From assembly GCA_052327205.1 (NCBI GenBank), contig CM126212.1, positions 17,298,001 to 17,362,000 on the forward strand: DNA of 64,000 bases, read 5' to 3'. Under the pieces are notes generated by a model, which did not search any database, was not told where the DNA came from, and saw nothing but the letters and a program-made list of their open reading frames with translations. The DNA is from Somniosus microcephalus (lineage: Eukaryota). This document shows, piece by piece, positions 12,130-24,987 of the stretch; the first letter of the stretch is position 1; each line of letters begins with the position of its first letter. The position numbers and the translations under genes were made by a program.

Positions 12130-14500
12130 GGTTAAACAAACCATGTTCAACAAATGAGGTCGGAGACAGTATCAAGCTAAAAGAAAAGACTTGCATAAAC
12201 ACAAGGAAAAGTGGAAACCCAGTGGACTTGGCGAGCTATAAAGAGCAACAAAGGGATACAAAGAAGCTAATAAGAGGATATGTCAAAAAAAATTGCAAGG
12301 GATATCAAAGCTAACAGCAAAACTTTTAATAAATATATTAAGAGAAAGAGAGTGGTAAAGGGCAATGTGGGCCCAATAAAGGTGGATGTAGGCAAGACTA
12401 TAATGGATAATAAGGCAATGGCAGACTTGTTAAATGATTGCCTTGTATCTACTTTCATAGTGAAGGAAGAGGACAAAATACCAGCGGTACACAGGAACCT
12501 AAAAATAGCTCAAAGGGAGGAACTTATTGGATTTAATATGTGATAATGGAGAAAATAATGGGACTTGAGATAGACAAGTCTCCAGGGCCTGATGGTCTTC
12601 ACCCCAGGGCAGTAATAGAAGTAAGTGAGGAAATTGAAGATGTATTAGCCATAATTTTCCAAAGCTCTCTAGATTAAGGAATTGTGTCTTTGGATTGGAA
12701 AACTGCAAATGCCACTCCATTATTTAAGAAGGGAGGGAGAGAGAAACCAGGTAACTACAGACCTGTCAGTTACATAGAGTTACATAGTCCACAGCACAGA
12801 AACAGGCCATTCAGTCCAACTAGTCCATGCCAGCATTTATGTTCCAAACAAGCCTCCTACCACCCCACTTCATCTAACCCTATCAACATATCCCTCTATT
12901 CCTTTCTCCCTTATCTGCTTATCCAGCTTCCCCTTAAATGCATCTATGCTTTTCACCTCAACCACTCCTTGTGGTAGTGTGTTCCGCATTCTTACCACTC
13001 TTTGGGTAAAGAACTTTTTCCTGAATTTTCTATTGGATTTATTAGTGACTATCTTATATTTATGATCCTCTAGTTTTGGTCTCCCCCACAAGTGGAAATA
13101 TTTCTCTACCTCTACCCTATCAAACACTTTCATAATCTTAAATCAGGTCACCCCTCAGCCTTCTCTTTTTTGGAGAAAAGAGCCCCAGCCTGATCAGCCT
13201 TTCCTAATAAGTATATCCTCTCAGTTCTAACATCAGTTATGAGTAAGTTACTGGAATCTATCATCAGAGACAGAGTGATTGAACACTTGGATAGGTATCA
13301 CATAGAATTACATAGAATTTACAGCACAGAAACAGGCCATTCGTCCCAACAGGTCTATGCCGGTGTTTCTGCTCCACACGAGCCGCCTCCCATTTTACTT
13401 CATCTCACCTTATCAACATATCGAGTTGATTAAAGAGAATCAGAATGGATTTGTGTAGAGTAGGTCATGTCTGACTAATCTAGTTGAATATTTGGAGGAG
13501 GTCTCTAGCATGGCGGATAGGGAAGTATCTAAAGATGTTGTCTATATGGACATCCAGAATGTATTTGATAAGGTTCTTATTAGCAAAAATGAGAGCACAT
13601 GGAATTAAAAAATAACCTTATGATATGGGTAGTAATTGGTTGAGCGGTAGGAGACAGAGAGTGGTGAAAAATGATTTGTTCTCTGATTGGTGGGATGTGA
13701 CAAGTAGTGTTCCCCAGGGATCTGTACTTAGCATTTCACCATATATATCAATGACTTGGATGAAGGAATAGAGAGTTGTATATCCACATTTGAAGAGGAC
13801 ACTAAGTTAAGAGGGACAGTATGTTGTGTGGATGGGAGGACAAAATTATAACGGGGCATAGGCAGACTAAGTAAGTGGGCAAAACTATAGCAGATGGGGT
13901 TCAGTGCGGGGAAGCGTGAGATCATCCACTTTGGAGCCAAGAATGACAAATTGAAATATTTTCTTAATGGTGAGGGACTAGGAGCTAGAAGCAGAGGGAT
14001 TTAGGTGTTCAGGTACACACATCACTAAACGTTGGTGCACAGGTACAAAAAGTAACCAAAAAGGCTAATGGAATGTTGGCCTTTATCTCAAAGAATACAA
14101 AAGTGAGGCAGCGATGCTCCAGTTGTACAGAGCCTTGGTCAGGCTCCCTCTGGAGTACTGTGTACAGTTTCGGTCTGGGAGAGGGTCTAGCACAGATACA
14201 CCAGCGTAACACTGGGCCTGAACGGGTTAAATTCTGAGGACAGGTTGTATAAACATGGTTTGTATTCTCTTGAGTTTAAAGGTTGAGGTGTGATCTCATC
14301 AAGGTACTTAAAATGATTAAGGAATTCGATAGGTTAGATAAAGAGAAGCTATTTCCTCTGGTGGGGGAATCCAGAACAGGAGGAAATAGCATCATCTTAC
14401 AATCAGAGCTCAGTCATTTAGGAGTGAAATTAGGAAATGTGCAACCTGCTCCGTCATTCAATTAGATCATGGCTGATCTGCACCTCAACTCCATTTACCC
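12130..14500 (+). mobile_element. Old decayed CR1 ORF2 with nested antisense CR1 3' fragments (12770-13230, 13280-13420)
   Basis: Frameshifted DKSPGPDG, KGGREKPGNYRPVS and later RT motifs; duplicated flanks around the nested pieces. Confidence 0.75.
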
Positions 14501-14839
14501 ATATCCCTTAATAAATTAAGTTAAGGTGTTGTGTAATCTAATGATTTGTTCTACGTTGAAACTACTGCCTAAAACTCGCCCAACAATATTATTGTGTGCA
14601 GCTTCAGAGGGCAGGAATAGTCAATTATACATATTTTTTAAAATGGCGCTCTCCAGGTGCAGCTGTATCTTGTCTCTCATTCCGGTTTTTCTAATACTCT
14701 GAGCGTAGTATGTGATCTGCCCGCAACAACTCCACACTGTAGTTTAGCCGTGCGCTCTCTTCTCTGGCTTGCTGACCTCCCAGTTCTCGCGCGGCAGCCT
14801 TTGGCGTCAACCCTTGCCCGCCCCCATCATCATATCCTG

Positions 14840-15140
14840 CCTCCGCATGGGGACCTGGGCCTCTGCATGGGGACCTGGGCCTCCATGGGGACCTGGGCCT
14901 CCGCATGGGGACCTGGGCCTCCATGGGGACCTGGGCCTCCATGGGGACCTGGGCCTCCGCATGGAGACCTGGGCCTCCGCATGGAGACCTGGGCCTCCGC
15001 ATGGAGACCTGGGCCTCCGCATGGGGACCTGGGCCTCCATGGGGACCTGGGCCTCTGCATGGGGATCTGGGTCTCCATGGGGACCTGGGCCTCCGCATGG
15101 GGACCTGGGCCTCCGCATGGGGACCTGGGCCTCCAAGGGG
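14840..15140. repeat. GC-rich minisatellite with 18/20-bp units (ggggacctgggcctc[cg]cat)
   Basis: About 15 tandem units read directly from the sequence. Confidence 0.9.
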
Positions 15141-15589
15141 ACAGGTACACGCCCTAGCAACCATTTCAGTGCGACTGTCGGCCTTGGGGTTTTGGGGAGT
15201 GGGGTGGTTGGAGATGGGAATTCATGTGATGGAATCTCCCAGAATATGTACAACCAAAGTTGGCCACCCTCAGCACCTTCCCTTGGGAGCCTCTTTTATG
15301 TTGCCAGTGCTGTAATATAAATGCGTCATTACATTGTTAATTATTTCCTTTATCTGTCTTTGTTCAAACATTTTACTTGGAAATATTCCAGTACTTGATG
15401 CAATTCATGGCTTCAGCGAAAAATCACTGGTGTGATAAAACCCCTAACATACGCATTGTTCATTGTTGCCTAATTAGCTCATGGGCAAAGCCATTGAATA
15501 GCCCTTTAAAGAGGTATTGTCTTCATGAAAAACGTCTGGCAAATGTTTTATCCCTCAACCAACATCACGAAAACAAGATTATCCTGCCA

Positions 15590-16005
15590 TTCTTAGGCAG
15601 TCCCTTGGAACCGAGGATGACTTGCTTCCACATTAAAAATGAGTTCTCAGGTGAGTGATGAGTCCAATGCGGGACCTACAGTCTCTGTCACAGGTGGGGC
15701 AGAGGGTGGTTGAAGGGGCGGGTGGGTGGGGTGCTTGGGTTGACGTGTGCTCCTTGCGCTTGGCTTCCGCTTGCTCCCGGCGAAGAGACTCGAGGCGTTC
15801 GGCGCCTTCCCGGATGCTTCTCCTCCACTTTGTGCGGTCTTGGGCCAGGGATTCCCAGGTGTCGGTGGGGATGTTGCACTTTTTCAAGGCGGCTTTGAGG
15901 GTGTCCTTGAAGCGTTTCCTCTGCCCACCTGAGGCTTTCTTGCCGTGCCGGAGCTCCAAGTAGAGCACTTGCTTTGGGAGTCTCGTATTGGGCATGTGGA
16001 CAATG
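15590..16005 (-). mobile_element. RTE/BovB-type LINE 3' fragment
   Basis: RLPKQVLYLELRHGK..GGQRKRFKDTLKA..CPTCDRDCRSRIGL; same family as 11225-11860. Confidence 0.85.
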
Positions 16006-16174
16006 CTCACATTGCTGTCTGTGGGAGCTTGCTGTGCGCAAATTGGTTGCCGCGTTTTCCGACATTACAACAGTGACTCCACTTCAATAAAAAGTACTTC
16101 GTTGGCTGCAAAGCCCTTTGGGACATCCTGAGGTTGTGAAAGGTGCTATAGAAATGCAAGTTTTTTCATTAAGT

Positions 16175-16630
16175 GTCAACTGTGGCTCAGTGGGTAGCAC
16201 TCTCGCCTCTGAGTCAGAAGGTTGTGGGTTCAAGTCCCCACTCCCTGAGACTTGAGCACAAAAATCTAAGCTGACACTCCCGTTCAGTGCTGAGGGAGTG
16301 CTGCACTGTCAGAGGTGCTGTCTTTTGGATGAGACGTTAAACCGAGGCCCTGCCTTCCCTCTCAGGCGGACGTAAAAGGTCCCATGGCACTATTTCGAAG
16401 AAGAGCAGGGGAGTCCTGGCCAATATTTATCCCTCAATCAACATCACTAAAAAACAGATTATCTGGTCATTATCACATTGCTGTTTGTGGGAGCTTGCTG
16501 TGCGCAAATTGGCTTCCGCGTTTCTTACATGACAACAGTGACTACACTTCAAGAAGTACTTCATTGGCTGTAAAGTGCTTTGGGATGTCTGGTGGTTGTG
16601 AAAGGCGCTATACAAATGCAATTCTTTCTT
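16175..16630 (+). mobile_element. Full-length tRNA-derived Deu-domain SINE with L2-type tail (SacSINE1-like)
   Basis: A-box tggctcagtgg, B-box ggttcaagtcc, Deu core gaagaagagcaggggag..ctggccaatattt, tail gaaaggcgctatacaaatgcaa. Many further copies in the window. Confidence 0.8.
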
Positions 16631-17221
16631 TCATTATTTTGTTGCTGATGGAGATTTTATTGGCGGCAGGGCAGTTAAGAAAACAGACAATGGGCTTGAT
16701 TTTGCCAGGCCCGAGGAGGCGGGAATGGAGGCGTGTGGGGTGTTAAAATTGCAAAAAATGGCAGGCGGGCCCGACCCCGCCTCCATCACGCCTCCGAGTA
16801 ATTTTCCCAAATGCGTGGTTTCTGATCCCGTCTCCGTCCCGCCTCCAAGAGGCGGGATAGGCCCTTAAGGCCCTTAACAAACACTGAATTGCCTCTATAA
16901 TCCCATTTTGAGAGGCCTTTCTGATTTTAACACTTTTCCCACGTGATGAACGCCTCCTCTGGAACACGACGGTGAAACCTGGCGGTAGCACAATTGGGTT
17001 GCTGACTATCAGCTGCAGCTCCACCATTAAATAGGAGATTTGATCAGTCATCATTTGCAGGTGGCAGAACTTTGTTGTCTCGTGTCTGGGGGAACTTTTA
17101 GCAGGCATAACCATTGCTGTGGAAGTTTGGAACCTGACACCCATCTCCAGTGTGACCTCCTGGGAAACCCCTCTCCCCACCTTGACTGAGCACTTCCTCA
17201 ACTGAGGCATATACCAGAAGC

Positions 17222-17893
17222 ATGGGAACCATTTATTTCCTTTCCTCCTGGACATCAGATTCGGACGAAGACCAGCCGCGGCAGCAGCAGAACCATGAAC
17301 AACAGCAGCACCAACTGCAGGAGCAACAGCAGGAGCTCCAAGCTGCTGCTCACCCACCTGAATCTGCACAGGCCAGAGGGTGCCAGCGCATGGAAGCCCG
17401 TCGGCGCAGGAGATACCCCCCAAACAGGGCCTACAGACACAGGGTCAGCTATCTCAACATGTCTGAGCAGCAGTGCCAAAGGCGGCTCCGACTTTCGCGA
17501 GAGGTAGTGGGTGACATCTGCGCAATGGTGCAGCAAGACCTGGAGCCCAGAGGAGCAGGTGGATAACCCTTACCAGTGGCCTTCAAAGACACCACCGCAG
17601 TCAACTTTTTTGCTTCAGGCTCATTCCAGGGATCAGCAGCAGACATCAGCGGCATCTTCCAGGCGGCCGCACACACTTGCATCACGCAGGTAACCGATGC
17701 CCTCTTTGCCATCGCGCACAATCACATCCATTTCTCTAAGGATCAAGCAAGTGTCATGGTGTGTGCGGTTGGATTTGACAATCTGGCCGGCTTTCCAAGG
17801 GTGCAGGGCATCGTTGACTGCACACATGTGGCCCTTAAGGCACCCCATCGCAATCCAGGTATTTTTGTCAACCGCAAGGGCTTCCACTCATAG
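17222..17893 (+). pseudogene. Harbinger DDE transposase (HARBI1-like), N-terminal half
   Basis: [30 protein letters not shown] (first catalytic Asp), NRKGFHS; in-frame TAA at 17564-17566; sequence ends after FHS. Confidence 0.88.
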
Positions 17894-18167
17894 ATGCTTA
17901 GAAGGAGACAAAGATGGAGTGAGGTGGCAAGGCCAAGGGCCCTCCCTGTGTTTTGTAAGTTGTTTTCATAGCATCACAGTGATAGGGAGTGTGAGGGCTG
18001 CATAGTTGAATAGTTAGGTGAATGTGACCATAGAGAGAGAGGGAATGGGTAAGGGTGCAGGGATGTCAGTGTCAAGTGGGATGTGGAGGAAGAGGTTGCT
18101 AAAGCTGAGTGCTGGTGAGGAGAGGCAATGGGGATCAGATTGAGGGTGATGGGAAAGTCATACTCAC

Positions 18168-18407
18168 TTTTCCAGTGCGCAGAAGGTCATGAAACCTCTT
18201 CCTGCACTGAAGCCAGGTTCTGCAGATCAGCGACAACGAGTTGACCTCCTGGGCCACCTGGATCCACACAGCCTTTGTCTGCTGGGGAGGCTTCTTCCTC
18301 CCTGAAGAAGGGAAGAGCACCTCCTTATTAACTCTTGCTCCCTCCACCAAAACTTGCAGGGCGACGTCATCAAATCTGGGAGCAGACTTAGGTCTCCCAC
18401 TGTTCAT
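18168..18407 (-). CDS. Harbinger Myb/SANT-like (trihelix) DNA-binding protein, first exon
   Basis: PRF...LVE....EVLF...W..VA.EVNS....RTW.QCRKRFHDL; followed on the minus strand by a GTGAGT donor at 18167-18162. Confidence 0.8.
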
Positions 18408-19389
18408 TTTGCCTCCAGGTCCCTCTCACAGCAAAGGCCAGAAGGTTGGCAGTCTGCAGAAGATGCAAGGCTTCTTGCAGACCTTAAATGCAGCAGCAAT
18501 GATGATGTCATCGGAGGCGAGTTTCAGACTGAAAAACTAATTGGGCCATGGGTTCCCACACGCTGGAACTCAATTGCCCAATTAAGTGAAAATCGCATCA
18601 TTCTCCCACATTGATTTGGTTTCGGGTGGCTAACATGAAAAGCGGATGACATGACCCCAGCCCGCCCCATGACAAAATCCAGCCCAATTGGTCTCCCATG
18701 ATGCATTAGTATTCCTAGTGACAGGATTTTATTTCCACAGTATGTTACAGTTTACATCTAGTTGCAGGTGTTGGATGGATAATGAGGATTGCTTCTGTCG
18801 ATTATTGTTGTATTGATGTATGTGGATATACTGGCACTTTTATGTGACCTCAATCAAGCGCTTACTAGTCATTTTATAGGACATTTTCTTGGAGGACAGG
18901 AACAATGTGGGAACATTCATCACATTTAATAGATACTTCAGTGAAAAGAAAGATTATTACTTCTTGCTTAATTGTCCTTAATTTGTTCAACAACCTAACA
19001 GTCAAGAAGGAAACAAATGTAAACCATTGGCTTAAATAATGATTCAGCCCAAAAGGTCTGCTCATAGGTTAGTTTTTGATTGATGAGGCTGTACGCTGGA
19101 AAAAAAATGTTTTGGGCTGATTAAAGTATGATTGCCTCGCGCTTTAAACTGAAGCAATCATATACTGAATGCTGGGGAAAAAAAGCTTTCTCCTAAATGT
19201 TTAAGACTTAACAGAGCCTGAAACCCAAGCAGAAATACATCTTAATCAAACTTGAATAGGATTTTAGAATTTAACTGTTATCCTTATATTAAAATGATGA
19301 TTTAGCACATCAGAATAATTGTTGGCAGGGGCAGGCACAAATATTAACAGAAAAGCAAATTGATCTTTTTAAGAATTTTTTTTACGTAG

Positions 19390-19767
19390 AATGTACAGCA
19401 CAGAAACAGGCCAGTCGACCCAACTGGTCGGTGCCGGTGTTTATGCTCCACATGAGCCTCCTCCCACCCTCTTCACCTCACCCTATCAGCATTTCCTTCT
19501 ATTCCTTTCTCCCTCATGTGCTTATCCAGCTTCCCCTTACATGCATCTATGCTGTTCACTGCAACTACTGCATGTGGTAGCGAGTTCCACATTCTCACCA
19601 CTCTCTGGGTGAAGAAGTTTCTCCTGAATTCCCTATTGGATTTATTAGTGACTATCTTGTATTTACGGCCCCTAGTTTGGGCCTCCCCCCACAAGTGGAA
19701 ACATCTTCTCTATGTCCACCATATCGAAACCCCTTCATAATCTTAAAGACCTCGATCAGGTCACCCC
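19390..19767 (-). mobile_element. CR1 LINE 3' fragment
   Basis: TRGRKYK..RRNFFTQRVVRMWNSLP motif and CR1 tail. Confidence 0.8.
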
Positions 19768-20154
19768 GCAGACTGTTCAGTCTTTATGACTTAACTTCTC
19801 CTCATTGTCAACAGTTAATCACAGTTTGTTCTCTTTGTAAAAGAGGGAAATTGAAGTGACCTATTTGAAATTTTCAACATTATGAAGGCAATTAGCAGAA
19901 CTGATCAAGGACTTTTTTCACTAAAGTGAAGGGTGCAAATAGTGTGAGTTGCCAATTAAGTCCTATAATGGAACTAATTACCCAGAAGTTAATAGTGCTG
20001 CAAAATACGCTATCAGCAAAGGCAATTAAAACAGGCAGTATAAATGAGATCAAGAGGCAGAGAGAAGGTGTTGAGTGATATGGTAAGAAGGCAGATAGGT
20101 GAGATTAGGATCTATTAGAAAGAGAGTGCATGAGTGGCCTAATGGCCTAAGATG

Positions 20155-20485
20155 ATTCAAGGATTTGATAGGGTAGATAGAGAAAAACTATTTCCTCTGG
20201 TGGGGGGCAGCGGGAGACCAGAATAAGGAGGCATGACCATAAAATTAGAGCCAGGCCGTTCAAAGGGTGACGTCAGGAAGCATTTCTTCACACAAAGGGT
20301 AGTGGAAATCTGGAACTCTCTCCCCCCAAAAAGCTGCTGAGATTGGGGGTCAATTGAAAATGTCAAAACTGAGATCGATAGATTTTTGTTAGTCAGGGGG
20401 TATTAATAAGCAAGGAGGGTAGATGGAGTTAAGATTCAGATCAACCATGATCCAACTGAAAGGCCTACTCCTATGCTCCTATGAC
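20155..20485 (+). mobile_element. CR1 LINE 3' fragment
   Basis: GFDRVDREKLFPLV..RKHFFTQRVVEIWNS remnant plus tail. Confidence 0.7.
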
Positions 20486-20744
20486 TTTCCCTGTTCCTCA
20501 AAAATACTTATATAAAGAGAAGTTATACTGGTGCTTGTTCTACTTCTCTGTTTTCATATTATTTGCTGTAAACTGCTACCTGGAGTTTGTCTCTAAGCAG
20601 ACACTGTGGGCTGTTATCAGTACTTGCTCTTCATGATGTTGCTGAAGGAAAAATGTCGCAATTGGGAGTGTTGAATACGTATATTCGAGCCATCTACTGG
20701 TCAGGAATGTGCTCTGGAGGTGGCATTGTCAGTTCCAGATTTCA

Positions 20745-21003
20745 GCAGCAGATGAGCTGAGGCGGGGCGGAGACGGGCAATGTTACAGCGGTGGGATTAG
20801 GCGGTCTTGGTGATGGAGCAGATATGGGGTCGGAAGCTCAGCTCAGGGTCAAAAAGGACACCAAGGTTGCGAACGGCCTGGTTCAGCCTCGGACCGTGGC
20901 CAGGGGAGAGAGATGAAGTCAGTAGTTAGGGAATGGAGTTTGTGGCGGGGGCTGAAGACAATGGTTTCAGTCTTCCCGATATTTAATTGGAGGAAATTTC
21001 TGC
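20745..21003 (-). mobile_element. L2 LINE RT fragment
   Basis: NFLQLNIGKTETIVF motif; similar to 30510-30660. Confidence 0.65.
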
Positions 21004-22390
21004 TTGTGAAAGGGAAATCATGTTTAACCAATTTATTGGAGTTCTTTGAGGAAGTAACATGTGCTGTGGATAAAGGGGAACTGGTGGATGTACTGTACTT
21101 AGATTTCCAGACGGCATTTGATAAGGTGCCACATCAAAGGTTATTGTGGAAAATAAAAGCTCATGGTGTAGGGGGTAACATATTGGCCTAGATAGAAGAT
21201 TGGCTAGCTAACAGGAAACAGAGAGTAGGCATAAATGGGTCATTTTCTGGTTGGCAAGATGTAATGAGTGATGTGCCACAGGGATCAGTGCTGGGGCCTC
21301 AACTTTTTACAATTTATATAAATGACTTGGATGAAGGGGCCAAAGGTATGGTTGTTAAATTTGCTGATGATACAAAGATAGGTAGGAAAGTAAATTGTGA
21401 AGAGGACATGAGGCTACAAAGGGATATAGATAGGTTAAGTGAGTGGGCAAAGATCTGGCAAATGGAGTATAATGTGGGAAAATGTTAAATTGTCCATTTT
21501 GGCAGGAAGAATAAAAAAGCATATTATCTAAATGGTGAGAGATCGCAGAGCTTTGAGATGCAGAGGGATCTGGGTGTCCTAGTGCATGAATCGCAAAAGG
21601 TTAGTATGCAGGTACAACAATTAGGAAAGCTAATAGAATGTTATTGTTTATTGCGAGGGGAATTGAACACTAAAGTAGGGAGATAACAACAGAAAATGCT
21701 GGAAAAACTCAGCAGGCCAGGCAACATCCGTGGAGAGAGAAATAGAGTCAACATTTCAGGTTGAAACCCTTTGTCAAGACTAAAGTAGGGAGGTTATACT
21801 TCAGTTGTACAGGGCATTGGTGAGACCACATCTGGAGTACTGTGTACAGTATTGATCTCCTTATTTAAGGAAGGATGTAAATGCATTGGAAGCAGTTCAG
21901 AGAAGGTTTACTAGACTAATACCTGGAATGGGCGGGTTGTCTTATGAGGAAAGGTTGGACAGGCTAGGCTTGTATCCGCTGGAGTTTAGAAGAGTAAGAG
22001 GTGACTTGATTGAAACATATAAGATCCTGAGGGGTCTTGACAGGGTGGATGTGGAGAGGATGTTTCCTCTTGTGGGAGAACCAAAACTAGGGGTCACTGT
22101 TTAAAAATAAGGGGTCACCCATTTAAGACAGAGATGAGGCGAAATTTTTTCTCACAGAGGGTCGTGAGTCTTTGGAACTCTCTTCCTCAGAGGGCGGTGG
22201 AAGCAGAGTCTTTGAATATTTTTAAGGCAGAGGTAGATAGATTCTTGATAAGCAAGGGGGTGAAAGGTTATCGGGGGTAGGCGGGAATGTGGAATAATCA
22301 GATCAGCCATGATCTTATTGAATGGTGGAGCAGGCTCGAAGGGCCGAGTGGTCTACTCCTGCTCCTAATTCGTATGTTCGTGTGTATGTT
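21004..22390 (+). mobile_element. 5'-truncated decayed CR1 LINE
   Basis: KGKSCLTNLLEFF, VPQGSVLGP, FADD, VQRRFTRLIPG with stops; (gtatgttc) tail. Confidence 0.88.
21683..21778 (-). mobile_element. Short Penelope-like element fragment with 14-bp flanking duplication
   Basis: actaaagtagggag duplicated at 21669-21682 and 21779-21792; insert resembles the common shark repeat acagaaaatgctggaaa.actcagcagg; partial copy at 45430-45477. Confidence 0.5.
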
Positions 22391-22817
22391 CGTATCCAGT
22401 AATGCATGAAAAAGGTTGTAGTGGATAGAGTAAGAGAAAGAAAACCAGGAATCTAGAGGTGAAAAAAGAATCAAAAAAGTTCATACGGTGGCCAATTCTA
22501 AAGCTAGTATAATAATGGAACTTAATATTAAACGGTGTTTGAGATATGTGCTGGATAACCCTCCCGAGACAGTTTTATGTTCTTGAATGTTGTGATGTTT
22601 ACTGGCTAGATACACAACAACTTATTAGCAGAGCTAAAAGGTTTCTGCCTTAGGCACTCATAGCACTCTACAGCCAACTAAGATTGACAGGGCCTTGAGG
22701 CTTCTAACTCTGAGGATTCTGCAGCTTCAAATTGAAAGTCTCTTGCCTCCAGGCACCATTAGAAGCCTCAACCACTAAATCTGATCAGCAGAACTCAAAA
22801 GGCTTGTGTTTCCAAGC

Positions 22818-23406
22818 ACATAAGAACATAAAAACATAAGAAATGGGAGCAGGAGTCGGCCATTTGGCTCTTCGAGCCTGCTCCGCCATTCAATAAGATC
22901 ATGGCTGATCTTCTACCTTATCTCCACTTTCCTGCACTATCCCCATACCCCTTGATTCCCTTCATATTCAAAAATCTATCGATCTCTGTCTTGAATATAC
23001 TCAACGACTGAGCCTCCACAGCCCTCTGGGGTAGAGAATTCCAAAGATTCACCACCCTCTGAGTGAAGAAATTTCTCCTCATCTCAGTCCTAAATGACCG
23101 ACCCCTTATTCTGAGACTGTGACCCCTGGTTCTAGACTCCCCAGCCAGGGGAAACATCCTCTCTGCATCTGCCCTGTCAAGCCCTGTAAGAATCTTGTAT
23201 GTTTCAAAGAGATCACCTCTCATTCTTCTAAACTCCAGAGAATATAGGCCTAGTCTACTCAATCTCTCCTCATAGGACAATCCCCCCATCCCAGGAACCA
23301 GTCTGGCGAACCTTCGTTGCACTCCCTCTATGGCAAGTATATCCTTCCTTAGGTAAGGAGCACAAAACTGTACACAATACTCCAGGTGTGGCCTCACCAG
23401 GGCCCT
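22818..23406 (-). mobile_element. CR1 LINE 3' fragment
   Basis: Open 159-codon remnant RPHLEYC...GYGDSAGKW; (acataaga) tail repeats. Confidence 0.88.
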
Positions 23407-24136
23407 ACACCCAGCAGCCTAAAGCAGCGAGCATTATCAATGGGATTGAAAGGCTTCTTGCCTCATACACTTTGGCAGCCTGCAGACATTAAACCGTTTG
23501 TTGCTCAACACAGCAGCTATTGGTCCAGGTCAACAGAACAGAGATTCCTGTCTTTGACAGTCATTAAAAGAGTGTTGACATATAAAAAAAAATCTTTGAC
23601 ACACCTTTTGTTTGGGGGCGGGGGGAAGAGAACGGAGAGGAGCTAGAGACTAACTTTGTATCACCTTGGCCCAGTGGTTGAACTCTCACCTCTGACTGAG
23701 AAGGTCATGGGTTCAGTCTCATTCTAGGGATTTGAGCACATGGTCAGTCTTGACACTTTAGTGCAGTACTGAGGGATTGCTGCATTGCCGAAGGTGCAAT
23801 GGATGAGATGTTAAACTGAGGTCCTGCCTGTAGTGATCAATAACATGTCATTCTGTGGTGGACACTAGGTGGAGCTGTAGAGCTGTATATAGCTGTATGT
23901 ATAAGACTACACTACCCAGCTGTATGATATTAAGACTACATTACCCATGAGGCACTAGGCTACCCACAAGGCAGCAGTCAAGATGGAAGCCTCCACAGAT
24001 ACAGTACCTAGTCCACATGTGCTCAATAAAAGGTCTAGCAAAAGCTAGCTGTGTTCATAATAAGAATGTCTAGTTATTAATGAACATAACATGGTACCAG
24101 GGTGGTGAAGATCTGCTGAAAATTGTGAAAAGCGAC

Positions 24137-24962
24137 ATGGAGAATTTGAAGCCACCAGAGCGTTTGAATCTCGAGGGAAATGTCGACTACAATTGGCAGA
24201 TTTTTAAACAACAATTCGAACTCTACATTGCAGCCATCAGATTCGGTACGAAGCCAGATGCAAGGAAGATAGCGTTGCTGCTTACGGTTGCAGGCCCACA
24301 GGCGATAGAAGAATTTAATACATTTGTATTTAATCCAGTGGAGAACAGAGAAAAATTAGAAGATGTGCTAAAAAAATTTGATGCACATTGCTCTCCCAAA
24401 AAGAATGAGACCTATGAAAGATACATCTTCTGTTCTCGGACACAGCAGCAAAATGAGACTTTTGATAGCTTTATAACTGATCTGAAACTGAAAGCACAGA
24501 CATGTAATTTCTCTGAGCTGAAATCATCCATGATTCGTGACCAGATTGTGTTTGGTATTCATGATAAAAAAGTCAGGGAACGTCTGTTGAGAGAAACCGA
24601 ACTAAATTTGGAAAATGCGGTGAAAGTATGCCAAGCCAGCGAGCTAGCTCGAAATCAATGATGATGCGATTGTAATGAGTGATAATGCTGCTGTCGGTGA
24701 TGTGTCCTACAAGGGGAAGAAACGTGGGCAGAACAGAAATGAAAAGCAATCGGAGGATGACATTTTTAATTGTAAACGCTGTGGTTACAAACACCAGTTA
24801 AGACAATGCCCAGCATTTGGAAAAATGTGCACAAAGTGTAATGGAAAGAATCACTTTGCCAAACAATGCTTTTCAAAAGTAAAAACGATGAAAGGGCAAC
24901 GAGTTAATGTGATTGAGGACACTGATTTAAGTGAGACATTTTTTGTAGGAATGGTGTCGTGA
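24137..24962 (+). pseudogene. Gypsy gag, frameshifted, with two CCHC zinc knuckles
   Basis: NWQIFKQQFELY, KNETYERYIF, MIRDQIVFGI, RERLLRE; CKRCGYKH..QC and CTKCNGKNHFAKQC; frame break near 24660. Confidence 0.85.
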
Positions 24963-24987
24963 CGATATCAAAAAAGATACAGAAAAT

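Larger units (their letters stand above)
16692..18685. mobile_element. PIF/Harbinger DNA transposon, internally deleted, with two convergent genes
   Basis: TIRs gggcttgattttgcc / gacaaaatccagccc; 3-bp TSD AAT on both sides; transposase remnant on + and Myb/SANT gene on -. Confidence 0.9.

Noticed and set aside
14657-15320. Collagen-like or Pro/Gly-rich ORFs
   Set aside because: Translation of an 18/20-bp minisatellite in several frames.
16175-16245. tRNA gene
   Set aside because: A- and B-boxes are the head of a SINE and continue into the Deu core and L2-type tail.
16743-17423. 226-aa minus-strand ORF
   Set aside because: Antisense to the Harbinger transposase start and subterminal region; no recognisable domain.
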